64,000 bases of DNA from Octopus vulgaris (lineage: Eukaryota). Below are positions 40,847 to 54,164 of the stretch, one piece after another; positions within the stretch are counted from its first letter, which is position 1; every line of letters starts with the position of its first letter. Under the pieces are notes generated by a model. The model did no database searches. It was not told the origin of the DNA and saw nothing but the letters and a program-made list of their open reading frames with translations. Position numbers and translations under genes: made by a program. The stretch spans positions 12,896,001 through 12,960,000 of the forward strand of contig OX597815.1 of NCBI GenBank assembly GCA_951406725.2. Direction: 5' to 3'.

Positions 40847-43800
40847 GCAAAGCGCAAAGCAAAGTGAAATACTCTCTGAACCAACTATAAACGCTAAGGC
40901 AGATGATAATCAAATAGATGAAGAAAGGCACACAAATATTGACCTAACAGAACTACATGATCTAAAAATTGAAATTATGATTGAATAGCTGAAAAGTAAA
41001 GTAACCAGTATGAATGAACGCGATACTCACCTAAATATTTGCAATTCTAATCAAAACCTGAAAATAGTTGGTAAAATCCGCTTTTCATTTAAGGATATAA
41101 TATCAGCTAATGATGTTGATATTGCAGATCTCAACCACCTGTATTATGCATCCGCGAAAATCTCAACATTTGTATGTTGTGAAAAGATTAGAAAACGACA
41201 GCATTCCCCCCAAAAACCTTCTTGGCAAGAGCGTATTAAAAACCAAATGAAGCTACTTAGGTCTGATATAGAATGTTTGAAAATGTTTAAGTCTGACAAG
41301 ACTATCAAACCTACAAAAACCCGAAAATTAAAGAAAAAAATATGATGAGAACCATGCTTCAAATTGATACCACCATAGAAACCATCAAGAAAAAGTTATG
41401 TGCTAAAGCATCCCGCATAGCGAGGCATTAAAAGCGCGTTAGATACTTCAAAGACAACAACATGTTAAAAAAAAAACCCACAGTTTTTACAAGAAGATAA
41501 GTAAATTACCAGTTACAGTAGAGTCTGTCCCATCAAAGGAAGAAGAGCAGGGATGTTGGAATAAAATTTGAGCAGAAGAAAAAAACACGCAATGTAAAGG
41601 TCCCGATCTAGAGGATGTAGTAAATGGTAGAGGACGTCACCATCGTTTGGAACTTCCCAATATTTACAGACTTAGACTCCTTAGAAGAGCTAAAGTGGGT
41701 GGGTGTCAAGGTAGAAGATATAAAATCTGCTCTCAGGAGGTCAAGCAAACGGAAGTCTCAAGGAAAGGATAAAGTCCCTAACTTCTGGTTGAATGCCTTC
41801 CCAGAGAGCCATGAAGTGCTAACAAAACTTTACAACGATGTTCTGCAACATCCTAGTATGATCCCCGCTTGGCTAGTTAAGGGTTTAATATTCCTACTTA
41901 CAACAAAATAAGAAACAAATGAACCAATAAATTATCGACCCGTAACCTACTTAACAACAATATATAACACGCTAACATCTGTCCTGACTGAATATACCTA
42001 TAGTTTTTTAATAGAAAGTGGCATATTCCCTAATGAGCAAAAAGGATGTAAACGTGGCTCGTATGGTTGTAAATATCAGCTACTCATCAAATAGATGATC
42101 TTAGAAGATTGTCACAAACGACAGAAAAACTTGTCGATAACCTGGATACACTATAATAAAGCTTTTGATAGCCTACAACATAGCTGGATTAAGAAACTTC
42201 TGGAAATGCATAAAATAGCGCCCACTCTGCAAAACCTTTTGGCTGTAAGCATGAGACCATGGAGAACCACACTGATTTTGAACAGTGACAATGAAATTCT
42301 AATTGCTGGTGACGTAAGAATTTCATGTGGCATATTCCGGGTGATTCACTATCACTACTCGTCTTTTGTTTAACCTTAATACCTGTCTGAAAATTGCTCA
42401 ATGTTGCACAATACGGTTATAAAATGTTTGATAAAAATATAAATCATCTCATTTACATGGAGGATTTAAAGCTCTTTGCCAAAACCGACCAATAACACAG
42501 GGGCTTATACCCAGAGTTAGACCCAGCGGAGAGCTACAGGTACCTAGGGGAATTGAAGGGGACAGAATAAGTCATTCAGTGATGAAGGAGAGGATCAGGA
42601 GATAATGTTATCGCAGAGTAAGAGCAATACTCAAGACAGAGCTGGATGCGAGAAACAGGATCGAAGTGATCAATGCTTTAGCCATACCAGTCGTGACTTA
42701 CAGTTTCAATATTGTTAACTGGTCAATTACTGAAATATGTAATCTTGACAGAAAAATAAGAAAACTGTTGACAAGGCATAGAATGCACCACCCTAAGGCA
42801 GATATAGAATGACTTTATCTGCCAAGAAAAGAGGGAGGTCGTGGACTTTTACAACTGGCAATAACAATGAAGATTGCTACAATTGGCCGAGACACCTACC
42901 TGAAAAACTCTGAGGACTGGATGTTAAAACTTGTCTCAAAACATGAAAACAAGAAATCATCATACTCAGTAACAAAACAGGCAAAGGAATATCTAAGGGA
43001 ATTCCGAATACAACAAATTTCGGAATTAGACATACAAGAAACAAGCACAGAAAAAAGTTAAGCGCATGAAAACCCGTGCCGAAACTGCTGCCTTACATAT
43101 TCTGAATGATAAATGGCAAGAAAAATCTCCCTATGGCAAATACCCAAAAGAGAGCGTATAATGCAGATGATGACAAAGCCCTGACCCATCAATGGCTAAT
43201 GCCCTCTGGCTTAAAATCTGAAACAGAAGGGTTTATCATAGCAGCTCAAGATCAATGCCTACCAACATGGAACTACCAGGCCAACATATTAAAGAGCGGC
43301 AGTAGCCCAACATGTCGTGAATGTCAACAACAAAATGAAACCATTGATCATATTGTCTCCAAGTGCAGTCTTCTTGCGCCTACAGAGTATCTCAACAGAT
43401 ACGATAGAGCTGCACAATATATTCACTGGGTAATTTGCAAAAACCTGTATTTGCCTCATGAAAAAAACTGGTGGGAACACAAACCACGTCCAGTGCTTGG
43501 TAATGACCACATCTCACTCCTCTGGAACTTCACCATTCAAACTGACAGAAAGATAGATGCAAATAGGCCAGACATCATATTGAAATACTTCAGACAAAGA
43601 ACATGCCTCTTCATTGATATGACTGTCCCAATCGATATAAACGTATCTGTCAAGACCTACCAAAAACTGAGCAAATATAAAGATCTTGAAATAGAAATCA
43701 GCAAAATGTGGAACCTGAAGACTAAAACAATACCTGTTGTCATAGGTGCCCTAGGAATGATAGCAAAAGGGGGTGATTGCTACGTAACTCAGATACCAGG

Positions 43801-44075
43801 AAACCCAAAAATGGCAGAAATTCAAAATACAGTGCTCATGGGAACTGCTCATATCCTACGCAAAATACTTTCTATGTAATATAAATTTTTAAAACAAACA
43901 CAATTTGCGTATGGTTTTTTAGACATTCACTAGGACAACACTAAATACAAAACCAAATATATGGCACACTAGGCATAACAACAACATGAACTTCCAACCT
44001 GTTGTCTCTTGAGGTCTCTGGATGAAACTTGGAGCCAACTTGTACAAATATAAAGCAAAAGTCAAACATAAAATA
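40846..44075 (+). mobile_element. Near full-length inactive R4/Dong-clade non-LTR retrotransposon in (TAA)n
   Basis: RT motifs (NYRPVT.L, EQKGC..GSYGC, W..YNKAFDSL.HSWI, GIF.G, NHLIYMEDLKLFAK) plus C-terminal CCHC and RLE; (TAA)n at both ends, consistent with Dong-like targeting. Confidence 0.9.
43106..43879 (+). pseudogene. Open remnant of the R4/Dong ORF: zinc knuckle plus restriction-like endonuclease
   Basis: ETEGFIIAAQDQ, CREC....ETIDHIVSKC, RYDR, ANRPDII, FIDMTVP, KLSKYKDLEIEI, PVVIGALG. Confidence 0.88.
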
Positions 44076-44204
44076 TTAATATTAATAATAATGATAATAA
44101 CAACAACAACAACAATAATAATAATTATTATTATTATTATTATCATTATTATTATTATTATTATTCGTATTAGTATTATTAGTATTATCATCATTATCAT
44201 TAGC

Positions 44205-44275
<71 letters not shown>

Positions 44276-44382
44276 CAATTCTACCAAAGGCACAAGGCCT
44301 TACATTTAGTGGGAGGGCACTAGTGAATTACGTCGACCCCAGTGTTTCACTGGTACTGAAAATATTTAATTTATCGATCACT

Positions 44383-45415
44383 AAGCGAGCGCAAATCTCT
44401 GCCAAAACAACGCCAACGTCTTCTCAACAATTAGCCGGAGATGATGATTTAAAATATATCCAAAATTACCTAGACTACTACACTTACAAACGTGAATACT
44501 GAAAATGAACCCGATCGCTCTGAAACATTAAGTAAAAAAAAAAGCGGAAAATAATCTAGTATCTTTGTCCGGTACAGGATTTATGGCAATAGTAGTCATG
44601 TAATATGAAGGTGGGTCTGCAGGCCGTGTTTGGAATGCTGTACGCGTATCGTCTGCAGTGGGAACCGTGACAGTTTACTCTATGAATACCAGTTTTAGTT
44701 TATCCATTGATATAGTCTCTGTACGTTCTTTAAGATCTAGAGTGAAAAGTTTATCCGTGCGTGAAAGAAAATCGAAATGACCTGCATACGGTGCTGTTAA
44801 CGAAGGTTCAACAACATCTTTGCGCAGAAATATGTGACTCCAACAAGTAAACCTTCCTTGAAAGCAGAGCTAGAAATGCAGTTGGGAAGTAGGTAAGATG
44901 TTTTAAACAGGAGCGATATATTCAAAATTGGTAAAATTTAAAATTGTCGAGGATAAATTGAATTTATAATGGTTACTGAATACGTTAGTTTTTTGTTTTT
45001 AATTCTGAACGGTTTTACTGCTGTTTGTTTATGTAGGTTGATTTTTTTTTTTATCCACCAGTTTCCACTAAGATACAGAGTGTAATTAATAGTAGAGAAA
45101 CAAAAATAAATCTTTAGAAACAGTAACGCCGCCAAAACATACATGTAATCCATGAGCGTACTTTCATGGGAGATAATCAGAGAAATACTTGAAAGTCAAC
45201 GTAAGATCGTATTAATTTATGCAAAGACAAGTAAATATAGAAAACTATCCAGAATCCTCATCCGGTACTAGATCGATCCTTAAATCTAATCCAATCAGTT
45301 CGTGTCAGTCACGAGACCAAACATCCCAGAAAGTTTCATCCGAATCCGTTCAGCAGTTCTTGAGATACCTTGTCCACGGACAAACAAACGAACAAACACG
45401 ACTGAAAACAAAACA
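44383..45415 (+). mobile_element. Split Helentron-associated (HINE/DINE-like) non-autonomous element; pieces at about 44383-44580 and 45240-45415
   Basis: 5' GAGCGCAAATCTCTGCCAA, shared TCC.G.ATC....TCCGGTAC.GGAT motif, AAGTTTCATCCGAATCCGTTCAGCAG, and (ACAA)n before GACTGAAAAC. Confidence 0.5.
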
Positions 45416-48080
45416 GAAGAAGAAGAAGAAGAAGAAGAAGAAGAAGAAGAAGAAGAAGAAGAAGAAGAAGAAGAAAGTTCAACAAGGAAATTATATATTA
45501 ATCATGTGACTGCGGATACGATTACAATCTTCATTACAGGAGATGGCGTATAAAATTTGATACCTTGTGATGAACATCAGCCATGGAGGGTTACCGTAAT
45601 TGAGAAGTGGAAAAACACAACATGAACAAAGATTATTATCAGGTAGAAAAGGAAATTAGCTATAAAATATTAAGTAATTCGTTTTAAGTAGATTAGTAAC
45701 GAAACTTTTGCAAATCGCACGAATATGGTATCAAATGATATTGATGATATCTCATAAAAATAAAGCGATACTCAAATGCATTATATGAGAGCGAATGGGA
45801 TTACTAGCAGGCTAATTAGGGAGTTGGTTTCCTACACATGCAATAAAACAAATATGATAACTAATATGAAATTGTTTGACATGCATATTTTACAATGTTG
45901 TATTACTTAAGCAAATTGATAAAAAGCTCGAGGATGATCAGAAGATCAAACTTGACCACTACTTGACTAGTACATTATTTTCAAGGAAATCCAACCGTGT
46001 TTCGTGGTCTGCTACCACAACCACTCCTTTATAGGATCCAGTTAGCTCAAGACATCATCAGGAGGAACCGCGTTCGGTTTCGGCCCCTACTCCTCTACCG
46101 TTTTGACGTGCCCCCTCTCCCCGTTTTCGAAGGCGCCTTCAGTTCTGGTGTCGGGTGCATGTCTTCTTTCTTCTTCTCTGTTTTGTTACCTGGCCTCTTC
46201 GGTTTAGAGTCAACGAGTGTCAGCCGGCGACTGACTGACTTGTCAATTTTTTCCCCTTTAAATACCTGCCCCTAGGCTCCAGTAGGCAGCCCCAGCAAGT
46301 TGCCACATGACACTGTCTCAACTTTAACTAATCAATGAATGCGTAGTCTTAGCCCATGCATTCTCTAAACGACCGTCACCCGTCAGTCAACGAAGCTGAT
46401 TCAGTGTCAGCTTGTCTCACCTAGTGATGTTATTTCCCGACGTCATGTTATGATTTTCAACCCATACTAGCTAGAAAAAAGATAAAGAGGTAACAATATT
46501 TGAACACGTAGAATATAAACAGCCAGAGCAAATCCTGCAAGACATTATCCGATGCTTTGACGATCCACTACACTTTCATAACATCATAATACAAACCGGT
46601 AACAGAGGGTGAAATAAAACACCCGAAATTCAGAATTACAACGGCTTCCACAAAATTCAAATGATGTTTGGAAAGTCATTGTGAATCTTGTAATTTGACA
46701 CTGAAACAGCGACAGAATTTATAGATATATTTCAAAGGCAGAGAAAACATATTTGAGTTGGAGAACATTAACAACAGGTGGTTTTTGACGTCTATTTCTG
46801 ACAGTATTTATGGCAAAATTTCAATATAGCATTGTTATGTAATCTCTAATATTCTTGCAATAATTATATTCGCTGAATTGAAAAATCTCGTGAAATAGAT
46901 TACTTGCTTCCATAGCCTATGTGTCTGTCTAGCAGTGTATTCGAATTTCCTTTCTTTGGTAGTTTTCATGGTTTGATTGTTAATTTATTTCTTTTATTTC
47001 TTTCCCGTTTTTTAATGATTTCATTGATTCCTCTCTGTCTTTATATTAAATATCTTTTTTAACATTTATTGTTGAACTTGTAATAAATTTTCTTTATAAT
47101 GTTTTATAATGAAATTCTGTGTTGTTACAGTTGTGTATATGTCAGAATTATGTATGTACACATGTAGGAGTTTTTGACGAAACTTTAAATACTTTAATTA
47201 TATTTTAGTGTCACAGATGTAATTATAGATGCTGATGTTATTGTTTTAAAAAGAGCTCGCACAATATAAACATAGAATACTAAACAGATATATTATTGAA
47301 ATAGTATAGCGTTATTTCTAATGTTTTATGCTATTATATTTTGTGTTAGTATATCATTTAGAGTATGGGTTTTTTTATTGCCTTAAATATTAGAGCAAGT
47401 GTGATGTCACTTTCCTTTTAGAAAACGTTCAACGCTCACTAGAAGAAAGGGGGAAGAATGTTCTCACATCGGCAACTTTATCCGGTTTCAAATATAGTAC
47501 ACTGCAAGAGTGACTCACCCACTATATAAGTAGGTTCAGTTGAGCGCCGAATTAAGTCTACCATCCAATTGTACGAACAGCTCTTCATATAGGATTCCGC
47601 ATAATTTCCAATTACCAAATCTCTCACTCAGTTCTTTGATTGACCCCTGATGTGACAGAGACATTTGGCCATGTACGACTGCGATTCGTATCGACCTCAC
47701 CATAACCAGTATATTCTATTTTTCTTTTATGATAATATTTTATAGTATACGAGGCAGAATGGTATTGCACTTACCTTGTTATATTTTTTGCGTATGTTAG
47801 ATATGCAGGTCCCAAAATATAAAAAATATAAGAATATTTAACATGCTTTCATCTCGGCAAGGATTTGCAGGTTCGACTTGAATTGACTCAGAGTCAATGT
47901 GCCTCAAGATGCCCTCTATATAGATACAGTTATTTTTACTTATCATGAAAAATGTCTATTTTTTTATGTTACCGGATGGAAAACAAGAGAAATAGCGCCT
48001 ATAACATTTTATAGTACTCTGGATCTGATCAGACAGAATTGCAGTTCTCTATTTAAGAGATGTAGAATTATAATATGCCT

Positions 48081-48318
48081 GTGAGCATATAGCGTAATAG
48101 TTAGAGCGGGGGCTACTAACCCCAAGATTCAGAGTTCGATTCCAGGCAGTGACCTGAATAATAACAGCATCTAAAAATATCTTAGGAATGAGAACCCTGG
48201 TTCCAAATATCCCCAAGACACCTGATGAAGGCTGGAGGGTATATCAGCCGAAACGTTGTGTTAACAACAAACAAAATGAGGACAAATACCTGTCAAATAT
48301 AAATAATGAAAATAATGT
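48081..48318 (+). mobile_element. tRNA-headed short element carrying a hammerhead ribozyme (SINE-like)
   Basis: A-box-like TAGCGTAATAGTTAGAGC, anticodon-like stem GGGGG CTACTAA CCCC, B-box GTTCGATTCC (48134-48143), HHR at 48217-48262, AT-rich tail. Confidence 0.75.
48217..48262 (+). ncRNA. Minimal type I hammerhead ribozyme, canonical core
   Basis: GACAC-CTGATGA-A-GGCTG gagggtatat CAGCC-GAAACGT-T-GTGTT. Confidence 0.8.
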
Positions 48319-49150
48319 GGACAGAATTGGTTAATACTTAGATTGATATTTTGGTGCAAATGTATAATTCCTGAGAGGAAATAAAATTATTGAAACATAA
48401 ATCCTCGCTACTGGAATTATCAACTATGTTTACTCCTTCATCTGAAGCGGTGTTTTGAATATGAAAGAACATATTACATAAGGCTTACTAATTACACTAA
48501 GTTTGGAATACTAACCAGAAAATTGTGTTTTTACAATGCTCTAATCGATTTCGGTTGTTATGGGATTGACAGAATCCTAAGATGAAACAGAATTGTTGAC
48601 GATTCTATCGCTGGATATTGATCCCGTTTATTAATGCTATATTTCGATGTGCATGACGCTGAAACACCAATAAAGGATAAATGAGTGGGAGTTACATTGA
48701 GTACGTCGTTCAGGAGAAATATTCAGTTTAGTAGTCCAGGGTAACACAGATCAAAGAACAGTGTATGGGAAGACGGATATGGAGAGAAACGTGTATGGAG
48801 AGAAACGTGGGTATTGCTTGCAAAGAGGTTGCCGGGAACATTTACGATTAAACGTTTGGTTCTTTTCTTTTTATTGATGTCAGCATATTGGGGGAAAAAA
48901 CGTATTTTTAAGAATTATTTTACTCGTATTCGTTAGAGGAAATAGAACGTCTGCTAAATCTGTACCTGGTGTCCATGGCTCACGGAAAGAAAATTTGTCT
49001 GTTCTCAGACAAGAGGTTTGGCTTCCAATGTGTCATTGATGCCAGCATATTGGGAACAAACTCACACTTTTAAGCATCATTTTGCATGTTTTACTTAATC
49101 ATGTACCTGGTCCCCAAGGCTCATGGAAAGAATTTAGGCTGTCATATATT

Positions 49151-49746
49151 TATTTCTTTATTGTCTACAAGCAGCTAAACATAGAGGATACAAACAAGGA
49201 CAAACAAAGGGATTACGTCGATTAAATCGACCCCAGTACGTAACTAGTATTTATTTAATCGACCTCGAAAGGATGAAAGCTAAAGTCGACCTCGGCGGAA
49301 TTTGAACTCAGAACGTAACGGCAGTTGGAATACCTATTTATTTACTACCCACAAGGGGCTAAACACAGAGAGAATAAATAAGGGCAGACAAATTGATTAA
49401 GTCGATTAAATCGACCCCAGTACGTAACTGGTATTTATTTAATCGACGCCGAAAGGATGAAAGGCAAAGTCGACCTCGGCGGAATTTGAATTCAGAACGT
49501 AACGGCAGTCGGAATACCTATTTCTTTATCACCCACAAGGGGCTAAACACAGGGAGGACAAACAAGGACAGGTAATCGGATTAAGTCGATTATATCGACC
49601 CCAGTGCGTAACTGGTATTTATTTAATCGACGCCGAAAGGATGAAAGGTAAAGTCAACCTCGGCGGAATTTGAACTCAGAACGTAACGGCAGACGAAATA
49701 CGGCTACGCATTTCGCCCGACGTGCTAACGTTTCTGCCAGCTCGCC
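49151..49746 (-). mobile_element. SINE family M, head plus three tandem bodies
   Basis: 13-bp TSD GCTGTCATATATT (49138-49150 / 49747-49759); three ~180-bp units. Confidence 0.9.
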
Positions 49747-50511
49747 GCTGTCATATATTCATAGATAAGAGGTTTGGCATGCGACGTGATTACTACACGA
49801 ACGCCATTAAAAACCATTAATATATCGAAATACTTTGTTTTATTTGTAGTTTTTTTTTCTTCTTGAAAGTTGAGGGCGAAAGCATTATTGCAACTGGTAT
49901 TTCAGTAATTATACCATTAAAGCAATGTGTATTTCAACTACTTGAGTTATAAGTCCTTTGGATCATACTTTTAAATCACTTTCATATTGCTGTGAATTAT
50001 TGTGTTTCTTCTTGTTATAGTTACTGTTGTATCTGCCAATAGAATGTGGACACTGAAATATAAACTTCGGTGAAATAAACTTACATTTCTTAAACCCGAT
50101 TTCGCTTATTAAAACCACAGAAAAATACTAAATGAAATTTAGAAACCAAACAAGTGAGTCGAATAAACTTTTACCCCCGAGATGAAACTCAAGTGCTTTT
50201 AGAATAAAGTCTACGACATTCACTCTCGTTAAAGTATTTATATAAAGTGGATGTAAGGTCTATTAATTCCATATCAGATAAAATGATGTACACCATCCTG
50301 AGTTTGCCAAGTGCATTAGAAACGAATATCGATAAAAGGTTGTCCAAATTTGTTTGCTATGTTGTTAACCAGAAACATATCTGTTTCTCTCGTGTATAAG
50401 GAAAATATGGTCATGAATATTCGCTTTGTTCCAATGTTTGCTTATCTTAAACACGAAAACGTTATTGTTTATATTGAAGTAAAAAATATAGTTAATATTG
50501 AAATAATATAT

Positions 50512-50742
50512 ATATTTCTTTACAATCCACAAGGGGCTAAACATAGAGGGGACAAACAAGCACAGACAAACGGATTAAGTCGATTACATCGACCCCAGTG
50601 CGTAATTGGTATTTTATTTATCGAACCCGAAAGGATGAAAGGCAAAGTCTACCTCGGCGGAACTTGAACTCAAAACATAACGTCAGACGAAATACCGCTA
50701 AACATTTCGCTCGGGTCGCTAACGTTTCTGCCAGCTCGCCGC
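50512..50742 (-). mobile_element. SINE family M monomer
   Basis: Reverse complement of the family M unit. Confidence 0.85.
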
Positions 50743-52510
50743 ATATATAATATAGACTTATCCTGATGTCATTCTAATGTCCAGAACAACACTAGCAATT
50801 AATGCTATTTAATCTTTTGTTGACATGCCAAGGCACTGCTATTTGAATCTGGTGGATGTATACATATATATGTGGTAAAACTTAGCGAATTAAACTAATT
50901 GACAACCGAATATATTGTATATGGATCATCACACATTTTATATCGTTTATCATCCTTCACAGAAATTTCAGATTCATTCGACTGTTTAAATGTTCTCAGT
51001 TTGCAAATGTTAAAGCCATTAGAAAAAGGAAAATATTTTTTGAGAGGTACATGATACATCAGAATGGACTACTTTTATTTACCTCAAGCTAACAAATTAT
51101 CCTAAATCTAGTCATTCAACCTGCTAGAAATATCAACCAATTCTATCAAATTGTACAATATTGCCTGAAATATTGAGGAATGCACTAACAATATAATCTG
51201 TGAAGTAAAAATGATGAGGAGAGTAGGACTGGAAATATATTAACCACTGTTTGTTCGAACCATACTTTTCACCTATACTAAACAAAATGATAGACCTAAC
51301 GAAGCCAATCCTCCCTAGACATACACAAACGATCCACATAGTTCCATTTCTATTAAATAAATCACCAATATTTGTGGCCATATTGTAAACATCTGAAAAA
51401 ATAAAACATCTATTTTTGTTATAACACACACTTCTTATTTTATAGCATTTTTTGTTCAGGTAGAAATAGAATTTCTTTTTTTTTTCTTTTTTTCACTATT
51501 TACATTCGAATTGTCTGACATAGCTTTTAAGTAGAAACTAAATCATCTAGACATTATGAAAACAGAGAACAACAGCATCAGCAACAGAACTGCGAGAGCA
51601 ACATTATGACAACGAGAGGAAAAGAAAACATACTCATAGATAGATTCAAACGGGGAGGAGTGTGTTAATTTGAAATTGCAGAAGTGAAAAGAAGATGAGA
51701 ACTGAAAATAGTTAAGTTTGGTGAAGTATAATTCAGAATATATAAACATCATCAAGAACATAAGCAACATTAAAAATACTCCAATCAACGTGAATGCCAT
51801 CAAGTAGATATCAGATGCAAAACAATGTTAAGATCAACATAATTTCATCAAGAATAGTAATATAAGTAGGATAAAAAAGATAATGAAACAAACGATGGAT
51901 GCATTCAATAAAACTGTAATTACTAACACAAACATACACATAATTATACCCGCTAACAATACATAAAAGACACACACATTCATTAAAAATATTCATGAGT
52001 AAACACACAATTTTTTCACAAGATATAAACAAACAAGGAAAACATTATCAAAAACGGAATCATTATCAGAGTTTCTAACGCGTTGGTCAAAATAGTTTGC
52101 AGCATTTTCTATAGATCTTTACATTGTGAATCCAAATCCAACCGAAGTAGTATTTGCTTCCAGTCTCTCCAGAGCCGAATACAATAAAGTACAACTCATA
52201 TACTAGGGCCCATTTCATTGACTAATTCACTATTTCTAAAAGTGCGAGTATTGTACCTCAATCAACAACAAGTGTTACTAAGTGCGAGGAAGAATAGTTA
52301 GGACATCACAAAAAAATATTGTGATATTTCCTCAGTCTCTTTGCTTTCTGAATTCAAATACGAGCGAGAGTCAACTAATGGCAATTAAAGCAGCTAATCC
52401 TCAAGTCCAAATGTTGGAATCATTTTGCCAAATTAGAAGTTATTATTATTATTAGTAGTAGTAGTATTAGTAGTAGTAGTAGCAGCAGCAGCAGCAGCAG
52501 CAGCACCAGC

Positions 52511-52559
<49 letters not shown>

Positions 52560-52744
52560 ACATTATTATTATTATTGGTTGAAAATTGAAAGCGTCAGAA
52601 TTTCTTCCGATTTTTTAATGTTTTGAGTACAATCATCATCCACATTAATTTTGCCTTTCACTAAACTGAGTACCAATCAAGTACTGGGGTTTATGTAATT
52701 GTCTTATTTCCTCTCGTTAAAATTGCGGTCTTTGCCAACATTAT

Positions 52745-53350
52745 TTGCGTTTAGATTTCATGACGGGATTTACTGTACTATGATCCAATCTTCATAACTT
52801 TTCCTTCTTTTGCGTTCCCGCGTTGGTAATTTGATATTTAAGTGCACCCTCCAAACCCAGTTCTACTACGGTGGTATGTAGGTCAGGTATTATGGGTGTT
52901 GTTGTAGTGAAATTTCCTCTCTTGAAAGTTGCTTTTGCACACTTATGCCCAAATGCCATTCCTAACCGTTGCAAAAATCCTTCAGCGTTGTTAACTTCTA
53001 ACTCCTGATCATTCTTAAACCATAATTACAGGTCATCCATAAAGAATAAGTCATTTATTGTATGTGAGTTTGTTTCCGTACCCTCTGCTTTTTTCAGCAC
53101 ACTAGACAGCCAAAAGAATATCACACATAAAACGAGAAGCGAGTGTTACCTTGGAAAATTCGTCAGTTGATATTTATGTTGCTTGACTTGATAGTTCAAT
53201 TCTGCTAGTGTGGTTTAAAGAGAGACATGTTCATTTTTCCATACCCAGTCGAAGCTAATTAATAATAACTGGAGAAATTATGTATATTTCCAATCCCATC
53301 AATAATCACTTACGGGGAACAGTGTAGAAAAGTGTTCTGTAATCAATTTC
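52745..53350 (-). mobile_element. Decayed R4-clade RT fragment
   Basis: LFFMDDL, LGMAFG.KCAKATFKRG, IFQG remnants on minus strand. Confidence 0.65.
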
Positions 53351-54164
53351 TAATATCACTTATGTATTTAGTGCTGCATGAAAACTAGTAACATCAGTCT
53401 CAGTCGCAGGGATATAATAGCGGCAATAACATCAACTTCATTAACATAAACCAATACACAGCAAGAAAGTTGTCAAGTCAAGAAAAAAAGTTAGCAAAAT
53501 CCTTAGCAGCAACAGATTGTGCATTGTGAACTACACTGTTACCACTATCATCACGAAATCCATCTCCTCCACTACCATCTGCTCTACCACCTTCATCATC
53601 ATCAATATCACATTATGAAGCATTAATAGCAAAGAAAGCAGTGATTAAGCAGTAGAAACCTACAAAGTATTTCTTTCGCCAATATCTCAATCGTTTTTCA
53701 TGTGAACGCACTAGAAAAGAAGCATGACATAATGATATGGAGAAACGTTGTTTTGTATTATTTACGCCCATAAATTCCGATTTATTTTTCACTCATAAAC
53801 ACTTGCACAGACGTTTTCCATCGTTCCACAACAATAAAAATAACGAACATTTCACAACAATACAGGTTTAATTTAGATGGAGAATGATCGAAGTAATGTC
53901 TGAAACATGCCACTAGAACTTGTCTCCTCTTGGTTGGTGATATGCGCGATTTTACATGAGCTTCGCCAGCTGCTAGAAAGGAAAAAAAGTTCATGCGCAT
54001 TTCATGTTCTCGGCGTTTCACAAATACATATTGCAGAAAAAATTATTTTTGTGTTTGGGTAAATTATTAGCAGAAACACTTTCCTCACGCTGAACATATT
54101 TTTCTCAGCTTCAACCACAACGTCAAATGAATTTGTTATGCTGGCTGGGAATGGAAATTTTGAA

